A stretch of DNA of 64,000 nt from Vitrella brassicaformis CCMP3155 (lineage: Eukaryota; Protista; Chromerida), in assembly GCA_001179505.1 (NCBI GenBank), contig CDMY01000280.1, positions 72,682-136,681 on the forward strand, read 5' to 3'. The position numbers and the translations under genes are program-made. Position 1 is the first letter of the stretch. Each line of letters starts with the position of its first letter. The notes beneath the pieces were generated by a model. That model was given only the letters and a program-made list of their open reading frames with translations, had not been told where the DNA came from and did no database searches. This document shows, in pieces, positions 13,230-24,561 of the stretch.

Positions 13230-16204
13230 ATGGACAGCCACACGCCTCGCCGCGGGCTGTCCATCCCTCCCAACAGCCGCTCAGCCGCCTCCATGCGCGC
13301 CCCTTCCCGCACGCCCGTGCCGTCATCTGCTTACCGCCCTCTGGTCGGCAAGCCATCCCTGACGGGCAAGGCATCGCTGGGCGGCAAGGCGGGCGCCCTG
13401 GTCAAGGGCGGCAAGAGGGCGGGAGCGGGTCTGCGTGTGAGCCAGTCGCTGGGCAAGGGGAGCAAGAGGGCAGATCCCCGCAACTTCCATGACCGTGGTT
13501 TCCAGAAGGAGTGCGGGATGCAGCTGCTGCAGTACCTCAATGCGCACGACTACCCGTACCCGATGACGGCCAAGCAGCTCAACTCGCCCAGCCGCAACGA
13601 CTTCTTCAACGTGGTCAAGTTCCTCATCGGCGTCTACGACAACGAGTATCGCTATGACAAGTCCATCGAAGTCGACATATCGTCATTCTTCAGATACGTC
13701 CGGTGAGCATGGGACGACGAGGGCCAAACACAGAGAGGGGGGGAGGAGGGAGGGCAGATGTCATGGTGTGGTGTGGCGTGGCGTGGCGCGGTGTGGTCAG
13801 GTACCCGAACCCCATCAGCAAGACGGCGTTGCTCAACGTGGGTGCGCCCAACACGTGGCCATCCCTCCTGGCCGCCCTGCAGTGGCTCATCGAGCTCTGC
13901 CAATACGCCGAACAGGTCAACACATACATCCGACCCGTCATCCATCCATCCATCCATCTCTTTCTTTGCGCGTCAGTTGGATGACCGTGAGGACCCGTTC
14001 GGTGTGTCTGACGTCGAGGAGGAGGGCGCCCATGGCAGCAGCGAAGCATCGCCATTGTCGCCCTCGTCTTCCCTGACGTCGTCTCTGCGTCGCGAGCAGT
14101 GGGTGTGTCTGAAGGAGACCTATGCCCTCTACATGGCGGGCGAGGACCACTACCCGGAGCAAGACAGACGACTCAGTAAGATGATGCACACAACACAACA
14201 CAACAGAACACAGCGCAACACGACACACCCCTGTGTGCGCGGCGTTGGACGGCATGGTGGTGTGTGCTGTTGACGTCCATCCATCCATCCATCCATCAGA
14301 GGCTCACTATGAGCAGATGGAGTCGGCGTTGCAGACACGGCTGCAGAATGCGCGCGATGTGAGCCGGCAAACGGGACCCCACACAGACCCACGGGGATGG
14401 CGCATGGATGGTTGAATGAAATGTGGTGGTGCGTGTGCCTTTGGCTGTCACTTACAGCGTTCGGCCGAGCAGGCGGCCTCGAAGCTGGGCTACCAGGAAG
14501 ACCTGCAGAAGGAGGGTACGGTCAGACGACATGAATGCATTCCTACACAGACAGACGGACACAAACACGCAAACACACACTCATGTGGGTGTGGCTGCGT
14601 GTGTGGTGCAGATACGTTGAAGGCGAGCATCGCACGCAAGCAGACCGACATGGAGAAACTCTCGCGGGAGATACGTAGACTGCAGGAAAACCGACAGAAG
14701 AAGGCACGCACACTAACACTTGACACCCACAGGCGCCTATGGCTGGGTACATGTGATATATGTGTGTGTATGGTGTGCAGGAGGGTCCGTGGGGTGAGGT
14801 TGCCCGTGCGCAGCGTGAAGTAGAGGCCGTCAGGCAGATAGTCCAGGAGCTGGTCAGTGAGTGAGTGAGTCAGAAAGGGAGATGCACAACCTATGTGTCC
14901 ACACATCCACACGCCCGACCACACTGCCCTCTTGCTGTTTGTGCGTGTGTGTGGTCAGAGTGCTGAGGAGAAGAGGCTCAAGGAGACGGTGGCAGCCCAG
15001 GAGGTGGGTGTGGGTGGGTGCGTTGGTGGGGGTATGCCGTGTGTGGGTCCGTCCCTGTGTATACGTGTGTGTGTGTGTGTGTGTCTTTGTGTGCAGATAA
15101 GTGCGTCTGATGTGGAGCATCTGCTGAGCGAGCAGCGCAGATACGAGACCAAATACAAAGCTGACAGAGACGTAAGGACACCCAACACACATACACGAAG
15201 GCGTCGAATCTCTGTTGTGGTGCCCCTCCCCCATCACTTCAGGACAAGGCCAAGTTGGACCACAGCGTCATGCAGATGGAGGATAAGGTGAGTATCGCCT
15301 CCCACACACACCAGACACAGGTCACATATGACCCATCTGTCCATTCCTCAGCTGCACCAGCGCCAGAGCTCCCTCTCATCCAATAGCCGAAAGGTAAACA
15401 CGCGCATGCGCACCGGGGCCGCTCACAACAAACCCCTCCCTCCCGCCCATTTTCCTTTCCACACCCCAATCGCAGTTGCAGAGCCTCATGTCGGCCATTC
15501 GTCACGACGGGCAGCTGCCCAGCACCGACTCGCCCACCATCGGGTCGTTCCTGGCGCTGCCCACGCCGTGTCTGATGCTGCAGTGCGATGCGCTGCAGCC
15601 GGCCGCTCTCGAGCAGCACGAGAAGGACAAGCGTGAGTGGACAGATGTCGTCGATAGCGTGGTACGTGGGTGGCTGGGTGGGGTGGTTGTGGGTGGTGTG
15701 ATGCCATCGGCATACATGTCTGTGTGTGTGTGTGTAGTTGGGTGTGGATAGCCAAAGGTTTCGTGATCAGCTGGAGGGGCTAATCGAGCAGGAGGCCCAA
15801 CACCATAGCAAGGTAAGTGGGTGAGATATCTGCGGTGTGTCGTGCCGTGTGTGAAAGGCCTGTCGTATTCTGTGAACAGTTGAGTGCTGAGGCGGATGAG
15901 CTGCAGAGGGCCATCGACGCCATGACAAAGACCATCAAACAAAACCAACAAGTACATTCCCACCCTCCCTACCGACACGCACGCCGCCCAAACACACCAC
16001 CCTCGGATGCCCCCGCCTCTCTCTCTGTGTGTGCAGGCCAAGGACCGGTCTCACTGTCGGTATGAGCGTCACGTGGACGAACTGCAGCGGCTGCAGAAGC
16101 AGCACGAGGAGGAAGTAAACAACATCAACAAGGAGACACAGGTGGGCGAGTGGGTCGCCCACACATAACAATGCATAGACCAGGGGACAAATGGACGGTT
16201 TCTT

Positions 16205-16239
<35 letters not shown>

Positions 16240-16766
16240 GCGACGATAGCCAAGGTTGAGAAGGAGCAGGCGGACGAGGAACGCAGCCTGCGCCAAATCG
16301 AGGAGGAAAAAGAGGCACTCCCACACATCCATCCATCCATCCACCCACATGTATCTGTCTTCTTTCCTTGTCTCTGTCTGGCAGCTGTTGCGTGACCAGA
16401 TCACCGCTCAGCGTGAGGAGTGGCAGCAGAGGGCCAAGACGGCATGTGACATCATCAAAGAGGTACGCACACACATGGCCATGATGCAAGACTCTGTCTG
16501 TCTGTCTGTCTATGTGTGTCTCTCGGTCTGCAGAGTGTGCGCATGGTCGATGCTGCCCAGCCGCCTGTCGTCAAGGCACTCAACGAGTGAGAGAGAATGG
16601 CAAGACACACGCCAAGATCATTTCTTTCTTCTGTGTGCCGTCCATGTCTCTGCGTCACATCAGTGGTTTCCAAGCCCTGGTAGACGTCAAGAAGCACCTC
16701 TCACAGCAGGAGGCCGCTATGCCGCTGCGCATGCCGACCTTCCCCACTGATGAAGAGCCTCAGTGA
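13230..16766 (+). CDS. NDC80: Kinetochore protein NDC80/HEC1
   Basis: DPRNFHDRGFQKECGMQLLQYLNAHDYPYPMTAKQLNSPSRNDFFNVVKFLIGVYDNEYRY and YPNPISKTALLNVGAPNTWPSLLAALQWLIEL match the Ndc80_HEC calponin-homology domain. Many coiled-coil exons follow, ending MPTFPTDEEPQ*. Confidence 0.92.
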
Positions 16767-16974
16767 TGGCTGGATGGCCGCACATTAGATGGTCGACTGG
16801 GTGTGTGGATGGATATGAGCGGTCGGTTGGGATGCATTCACGTGCCTTCGTGTGTATACATTCAGAAAGACACTGACTGGCCTGACCGACAGACTCATTT
16901 TCTTTCCACAAGTGGCAGTCTTTGCTAACCAAACGACACAGTCAGAGTCCTCGGCAAACAGTCACATCGCTGCG

Positions 16975-17247
16975 AGTGCCTCGTCTGTTTACCCGCTGTT
17001 TACCCTTGTTTCCCTGGCTTTTGCGGTTCCCCCACCGGGCAAGCGAGTGGGGCCGTTTACCATAGCCCTCTTTACCTTAGAGTGCGCCACTTGAGTATGT
17101 CACGGTAGATACTCCTGCGATGCGAGCTCGGCTTCAAGCTCGCAGCGGCATTGAGGCGGCCGGCCCCGCTTATGGTAAACGGCCCCACTCGCTTGCCCGA
17201 TGGCAAAGAAAGGCAAAGCCAGGCAAACAAGGGCAAACAGAGAGGCA
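16975..17247. repeat. Inverted-repeat (fold-back) element with perfect 29-bp core and two internal hairpins
   Basis: 17036-17064 cgggcaagcgagtggggccgtttaccata is the exact reverse complement of 17171-17199. Imperfect arms extend outward. Inner hairpins: gagtat/atactc (17093-17114) and tgcgagct/agctcgca (17121-17144). Confidence 0.85.
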
Positions 17248-17529
17248 TCGTGGCTTTCACATGAAGACCATCTGGCTGTGTGTCAGGTCCTCATTGTGCG
17301 CGTCGCTGGTGTGGCTTGCCTGAGATCTCTACGTGCATCAGGTGTGCCGTCACACACACCGCACACACACACACACACACACACATCCATGCACACAGCA
17401 CCCTCCCTCGCTGTCCTTGTCTGTCTGTGTGTGGGTGGCTGGTCAGTCACGCGATCGATCTCTGCAGCGTCGCATCGCCTGAAGCAGCCGCCGGCAGCGC
17501 CTGCAGTGGCCGCCGGCGGAGAGCTTGAG

Positions 17530-18226
17530 ATGCCTATTCTGCCGCGGGTCCTAGTGAAGGTCTACTACAGAGGCACGCAGCAGACCGGCAACCCCGTCTT
17601 AGAGTTTGACATGCCGCTGCGCGACGACACCTCATTTGAGGACCTGAGGGGGGTGGCCCTGCAAAAGCTGGTGCACTGCTACGACCAAGCCGGAGATCAG
17701 AAGCCGCCAGCTGTTTACCAAATCGTGTATCCCAGAGGCGAAGACGAAGAGCCTTTCCTCCTTTCCGACCCTGTCAAGTGCGTATGCTTGAAGACGCCAC
17801 ACCACACATGCACATGTGTCACAATGTGTGCTTTCTATTGCGCTCCTCCTTCTGTCTATCAGACGTGTGCATCGGAAGAAGATCGACGCGAAAGAGCCCA
17901 TCGTGCTCGTCATGATCGCACCCGCACCGTCAAGTGAGTCAGACAGGGACCAAAAGACAAATGCTTGCGTCATTTGCTGTTTACGGTGCTTGTTTTTGGG
18001 TTGCTGTACTAGGACGGAAGAGACCGACGAACAGCCAACCGCACTCAACTCAGCCAGCCAGCGCAAATCCGACAACCCATTCGAATCGAGGCGTCTCTAT
18101 GAGGAGCAGCGGCCATGGATCACGCTTTGTCTCATCCGCCTCTGCGGAATTACTGGAGCCACTTCTCGATACGACGTGAGACGATATCTTATCGGCAAAC
18201 TCGACAAATGGCCTGCACAGCGTTGA
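17530..18226 (+). CDS. Hypothetical protein (possible ubiquitin-like beta-grasp segment), multi-exon
   Basis: Coding-like exon MPILPRVLVKVYYRGTQQTGNPVLEFDMPLRDDTSFEDLRGVALQKL...PFLLSDPVK with plausible downstream exons. No firm family match; upstream exons possible. Confidence 0.35.
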
Positions 18227-18926
18227 AGCGAACCAACACAGCTGAGGTGCACCAGCTCCGCGCGCTTCTCTTGTTCCTGCTGGGCTGCATCGAGCTTGCG
18301 GTTGATCCTCTCGCGAGTCTCGGATTCAAGCCATAGTGGCTGTGCCCGGTGGGGGGATACACTCATCCAACAAGGTGGACCGGAGGGGACGTAGAAGAGA
18401 AGACATGGATGGAGAGAGTGGTTGCTATAGCTATGGCTGCGGGAGATCTGGGTGATGTGCATGCGGCCGTCGATGTTTCTGCCGTCGTCTGGCGTACTCG
18501 CTTTTTCTGCCAGGCACTCTCGCACAGGCTTCATGTTGGATACGGCAATGATTGATGCACATGATTAATGTGCCGCTTCTTGTGCCGGTGACCGTTTTTG
18601 CGTGCCTTGTCTGCTTCTTGTTTATCATTCGTTATCTGTGACAAGTACGGTGGACATCGTAGGGAAATATATATGTCAAAACTCTGTCACACAGCTCTGT
18701 GCTCTGATGAATCAAGATATGTATTCACACTCATACCAGATATCACCAGTAGTCATGCCACATGCGACTTCAGTAGATACAGCATATTGCACACACGTAC
18801 GCGTGAACACGCATGTGAAGACAGGCACATAAGTGGCCACACAGATCGACTCCCAAATGGCCTTGTCTCACCAATGGGCCTGTCTCGCTACATGATACAA
18901 CCGTTGGAGGCTTCCTCGGTCTATGT

Positions 18927-19024
18927 GTCTGTCTATCTGTCTGTCTGCCTGTCTGTCTGTCTGTCTGCCTGTCTGTCTGTCTGTCTGCCTGTCTGCCTGT
19001 CTGTCTGTCTGTCTGTTTGTCTGT
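18927..19024. repeat. (CTGT)n/(CTGC) tetranucleotide microsatellite
   Basis: About 100 bp of ctgt repeats with occasional ctgc/ctat. Confidence 0.9.
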
Positions 19025-19543
19025 CAGCTGCCCAACCCCTGGAGTGTGTACACGTACGACGTGCCTCATGCAGTGATAAATAAGTCGGCTGGACTAGACA
19101 GGTGGCTAAGTGGCTAAATGGTCTGTTGAGCCTGTTTTTTTCCGTCGATTTATGTGTGCTTATTTGTGGTCGCTACGGTCTGGCTGATGACGTGTGTAAT
19201 GGCGCACACGTCCCGGCCAACGGTTGGCTCGGTGCGCTGTGTTGTCTGTTAGTTTCTGAGCAGCTGGCACCACGACGAGTGCTGAAACGTTTGTGATGTC
19301 CACAGATATTGTTGTGTGTGCTGACCATCCGTTGATATCCCATCTGGTATACACAGTGTACACGCCATCCATCCATCCATGCATCCGCCATCCATTGTCG
19401 GCCATTGACATGCACCACAAGCCCCCCAACCGCCCGACAGCCACACACTAAGCAAAGCATCAAAACACAAACACGCACATGAACGCATGCCTGGCGTGCT
19501 CATGTATCCATGCATGTTTGTGGGTCAATCAATGTCGCTGATG

Positions 19544-21422
19544 TCACTGCCTCCAGCGGATGAGCCCTCGTCCGTGTCTCGCTCCTCGGGGCGCTCCGGC
19601 ACAGACTGGGGGAAGTACGACCTTAGGAGTGCCACACACTGCAGCCACGCCATACGTAAGGGGGGCAGAGTTGTGGCGTGAACGGTTGGCTTCATTGCTG
19701 ACCCATCGATTGAGCCCTTCCGTGCCGTGCAGCGCCAGATGTCGCATCTTGGCCACGCCGCCAGCCTGTCGTTTCCCTCCCCATACGCAGAAACCCCATG
19801 AGCCAGACCGTCTTGCCCTCAATTGTGTCTCCTCCCTGCCCTCATGGTGACTGACCTGGTGGACGAGGTCACAGTAGGGGTTGTTTGCGAGGCCGTCGGC
19901 CGCCTGCTTCTGCTCACCCACACTGCATACACATGGATGGGCGACGACACAGCCACACAATGCATTAATGGGTGCCGCCCCTTGTGCGTGTGATCTATGT
20001 GCTGCCTGACAGACCGCAGAATGCCATCGAGTGTCATCAGCGCCAGTCGGACCTCCGCAGGGTTGTCGCTGTCCAGCACGCCACATAGGGGATCGATGCA
20101 CCCACACTCAACCACATACTCGCCCTGCAGGCCCGTACAAGAGACAGAGACGCGCATCCATCCCTGTTTGTCTCCTTAGCTGAGGATTTACCTGTGCCTG
20201 TGATCCCTTTGACGTGATGTTGTACAGTGCCAGCGCTGCTTCGCCCTTGCTGCCCGACAGCCGCTCAATCAGGACAGGCACCAAGCCCCCATCGATCACC
20301 GACTGAATGGCACCGTGCAGACCTGCAGGCACACATATACAATGTACCCAAAGATGGGACGCGTTGTATCCCATACCTGTATCTGCGATTGCGGCGACAG
20401 TCAATGATGCCTCCTTGGCGATGAGCGGATTGCCCGACGCCAACATCGCCTTGAGCTGGGCCATGTGCTCCAAAAGGACACCAACAAAATGACGATAGTC
20501 CCCACCTGTCAGTCAACGAAGTGACAAATGTCAAAGAACTGACTCCATACCATGTGCTCTTCCTGTTCAGCCCTCTGACCCTCGATGAGGCGCCCCAGGA
20601 GGCGCCGGGTTGTCCGCAGGACTAGCGCTTGTACACAGTAGAACCCTAGGTACTCGCAGCGGGACGGCAGCTGTGGCAGGAAGGGGGCAGGTGACGAGAC
20701 ATGGCAGAGCCCAATCGCATGACCTCCATGAGCAAAGGAAAACCCTGGCTTTCTGCAATATCGAAGACGACACAAAGAGTCAGCAGTGCCATGTGCAGCA
20801 GGGCCCTGTCTTGGCCAGGTGTCTCGACCAGCATCACCAGCACACGCACACACTCTGCCACCAGCCAGAGGGGCAGCAGCGGGTTTCTGCTCAATAGAAG
20901 CATCAGCAGCGCAACGCAGTGCTGGGGGACCCCGATTTGCCTTTTGGTCTTGCTACGCAGCCTCTCCAGCAGTGGCTCAATCACGCCCGTCTCCAGAATG
21001 GCTTCGCACGCCGCTGCCGAGTGACTGGCCATGTGAACCAAGAAGGTGGCAACATGATGCACCAGGGTCAAGTCAGCGCTGGACGCCAAGACCTTGACCA
21101 GGACGGGAATAGCATCGGCGTCCATCAGCGATTGGACGGCAACGCCTTCCGATGCTGAATGGGAAAGCCGTCGGGAGATCTCAGTAGCGGCAAGGATAGC
21201 GAACAGCGGCTGTCGGCTTATGCTTCGCAGCAGCCCGGAGAGGGGCTCACGGCGGAGAGACCATCGAAGGACCGCCGCCACTGCAGCGAATGCCGCCACC
21301 ACGGCCAGCACCACCAAGAACACCACGGTGAAGAACCAGCGCGAAAGATACAGAGGAAGGGACCACACGGGCTGCATGTCAGGCCCACCGCGACGAGCGC
21401 AACCACAAGGCAGCGGCGCCAT
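19544..21422 (-). CDS. Armadillo-repeat protein, importin-alpha-like, with hydrophobic N-terminal segment
   Basis: ARM-like LMDADAIPVLVKVL, ILETGVIEPLLERL, VIDGGLVPVLIERL...AALALYNITSKGSQAQ, YVVECGCIDPLCGVLDSDNPAEVRLALMTLDGILR-VGEQKQAADGLANNPYCDLV (importin-alpha C-terminal pattern). N-terminal WFFTVVFLVVLAVVAAFAAVAAVLRW. The 3' end is approximate. Confidence 0.7.
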
Positions 21423-21476
21423 GGCCAGTCCCACCAAAAACTCATCGTTTCGGAATCGGATGCATCCAATTTACTG

Positions 21477-21540
21477 GGGGCGAGAAAGGGAGACGGCGAG
21501 AAAAGGAGGGGGCGAGAAAGGGAGACGGCGAGAAAAGGAG
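21477..21540. repeat. 32-bp direct tandem repeat x2
   Basis: ggggcgagaaagggagacggcgagaaaaggag repeated twice between divergent loci. Confidence 0.85.
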
Positions 21541-21757
21541 GGGAAAAGTTCCTCCTCAACAACTGTCTGCTCAGGAGTCCGAAGCAAAAGCAAGGAGGAC
21601 GGACGCTATCGACTGTGACGACGTTCGGCGCTGGGCGAGTAGAGTTCGACCCGTGGGTGAGCCGACATGTACACGCATGAGAGATGGAGATGACATCGTG
21701 TGCCCATGTGTCGTGTGTGCAGGTGAGTGTACGTGAGTCCTGGGTTCTTCAAAATGG

Positions 21758-23740
21758 ATGACGGAGCAGATTTGCCGCCCCGCCGAGATATACGCAGACG
21801 GAAAAGTCATGCTCGACAGACGCAGAAAAAACAGACACAGAATGACACGCATCGGATATGCGTCTATGGCTGCAGTGCTGGAGGGCGGGTACACTCCACA
21901 AATGCTCTTTGGAGCGTCCATTCCGTCAGTCGAGGCCCTCCTCAAGACGATCGCCAGAGACGCCGCACTCACGCCAGAGGCATTCGAGCTGTCGCCCGTC
22001 AAAGCATGGACCGGTAAACCCAGCCATCGCAATGATGATGCTTTCCTTGTATCATCTATTGTATTTGCATCGCTTACCAGGGGGGTTTCCCACCCACAGG
22101 GTGTTGCGGGACGATGGCGACATGAAAAGATGCCCAAATCCATCATGCTCTTCACTCGTGAGAAGGAAATGATCGATCAATTCATATGGATGCCCTTTCT
22201 CTGTCTATCGTCAGCTGGTGAAGAAGCTTCAGCAGCTGTACAAGCGCTTTAGCCCCCTCAATCCTCTCCCCCCGCCCCCGCCAATGCCCAAGACGGAGCC
22301 CACACCCACTCCTCCGCCAGCCACCGCTCCAGAGACGCGACGGACGCACCAAGAAAGCCGAACGGAGCGAACCAGCCGCCAAGCCAAAGCCACCCATCAA
22401 GACGGGAGTGTGGTGGTCCGAGAAATTTCGGGCGTGGGAGGCAAGGTCGTACACGAGATGGACGACCCAAAGCAGAAGGCCAAGTACTTTCATGTCAAGG
22501 ATCATGGATTCGAGAAAGCATAGGTACCATAGCCAACATCCCACCCAAGCCAATACATCCTTTCCTCTGCTCTCCTTGTCTTCCCTCATCATGTGTCATC
22601 AGATATTGGCCGAAAGTTTCGTCTCAAGCTAGAGCGGACCGAAAGGGTGGCGACGAAGAAGAGGCTCGAGCTGGAGCACCACAGCGGCTTGGAGGGGGTC
22701 ACCTTTGAGAACAACGCGTTGAGGGCCTGCTGGATGGAGGGCGGGAAGAGGAAGCGAAGAAAATTCGACCCGCAAGCTGGGATACGAGGGTGCTAAACAA
22801 GCGGCCATCACCCACCGCCGCCAGATGAAAGAACGGCACCATCCCATTCTCAAGGGCGAGGCCATGTAAGACAGCGAGCAGGACGAGGACACCGAGGACA
22901 TGGGCAGTGGCGCCGCTACTCCAAGACCAACAGGCAAATCGACAAACAACCGGTGCGGTTCAGGAGGGCAAGCGCACCGGGATCGCGATCGTGACCGAGA
23001 TCGTGAAAGTGACAGCAGCGCGGACGACAGAGACACAAAGGGCACCGCCACTGGCCGAGGGGTCCATGCGACGGCCATGCAGCGCCGTCTCAGGCGTGAG
23101 GTACGACACTACGCCGAGAGTGATGGCTGTGAAGAGGCTGAAGAGGACGCAGGGCATCACCATTATGCGAGTGGTGGCCGTCGTGGGCGTGGACGGGGCG
23201 GAGGGGGGGGAGGGACTGCCGCTGCTGCTGCGGCACAAGCTCCAACTATAACAGCGACTGCGACGTTCCGGAGGAGGACGATAAGGACGAGGTTCTGGTG
23301 GTCCTCCCGTCGACTCATATTCCGCGAAAGATGAGTGTTGCGCGGCTAGGGGGTGTGTGGCAAGGTGGTACGAGAAGGGCGACCCCACTCGGATGGCCAA
23401 GTACTTTTATGTCAAGGATCATGGATTCGAGAAAGCAGGTACCATAGCCTAACATCCCACCCACCCAAGCCAATTACATCCTACCTCACTGTCTGAGAAC
23501 GTCCTACCTCTGCTCTCCTTGTCTTTCGTCATCATGTATCATCAGATATTGGCCGAAGACCGTCATGAGCTACAGCGGACAGATACGGTGGCGACGAAGA
23601 AGGGGCTGGAGAGGGTCACCTTCGAGAACAACACCTGGAGGGCCTGGGGGATGGAGGGCTGGGGGATGGAGGGCGGGAAGAGGACACGCAAAACCTTTCC
23701 TGTGCGTGAGCAGGTGGCCATCACCCGTGTGTCATGCTGA
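21758..23740 (+). pseudogene. Degenerate ApiAP2-like locus with internally duplicated AP2-type segments
   Basis: AP2-like pieces KAKYFHVKDHGFEKA, GVTFENNALRACWMEGGKRKRRKF and CVARWYEKGDPTRMAKYFYVKDHGFEKA. Copy 1 has an in-frame TAG (22521-22523) at the splice donor; in both copies donor and acceptor phases do not give a clean reading frame. Confidence 0.55.
22450..23728 (+). repeat. Direct duplication of about 360 bp (22450-22815 vs 23368-23728) including a shared intron
   Basis: Shared ggccaagtactttyatgtcaaggatcatggattcgagaaagca, intron start gtaccatagcc, acceptor catcagatattggccgaa and ggtggcgacgaagaag...gtcaccttygagaacaac. Confidence 0.85.
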
Positions 23741-24027
23741 AGATGTACGAGACACAGCTACAGTTGGCTGACTTAAGGCTTATTGTCTGTGTGTCTGTCT
23801 GCAGCGATTACAGCCGTTCAAGAGCAGAGATACTGATGCCATCGCTGTCTACTTTTTATATTCGATGTTTCTTTTTCTGCTGCCGCACACGACTCATATA
23901 AAGCACTTTTTGATGGCACGAGCTGACTGAACAGCTGACCACCTGCAGAGAGATGGATGAGGGCGAGACAAACGATTGGTGTGAAAAAGCATGGACGGTC
24001 CGACCACACAAATGGGTTCACACACGT

Positions 24028-24058
<31 letters not shown>

Positions 24059-24561
24059 TGTGCTTAAATGAAGGCCACACAGGGATGTGAATCTGAGTGC
24101 GCGTGTCTCTCTGTGCAGAAGCACAACTGATTGAAGAGTGTGTGAGCAGGTTCACTCCCTCTCCCCGTGTGTGTCTGCCTGCCTGCCTGCCTGCCTGCCT
24201 GTCTCTCAAGTATCTCCGAGCAGCCAGGCAGAGAGCTGCTCTTGCAGATACATCCACCTAAATGAGCCACTGACTCGGTTTTTGGCACACCAAAGGACCG
24301 GGAGAGAGAGAGACTGTCGGGAAGCGGGTGAGATACAGTGACTAGTGGATGGTTGAGATATGATATTAATTGGTGGGAGGCTCTGCATTGATTGTCAGCA
24401 ATCTTCGATGTGCATCGTCGAGTCTCACATTCAGCTGACTGAATGTTGCGTTGTCACGTCATGCACACAAGGGCTCCCATCCAGAAGGTTCCACTCACGA
24501 GAGCTGACCATCAATGACAGCACAAGAAGACAATTATGATAACTATTTGTCACTAGCATAT

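Noticed and set aside
17121-17144. tRNA-like arm inside the fold-back element
   Set aside because: No cloverleaf and no canonical D or T loop.
18097-18534. Minus-strand ORF and plus ORF 18115-18336
   Set aside because: They conflict with the overlapping plus-strand model and have no motif support.
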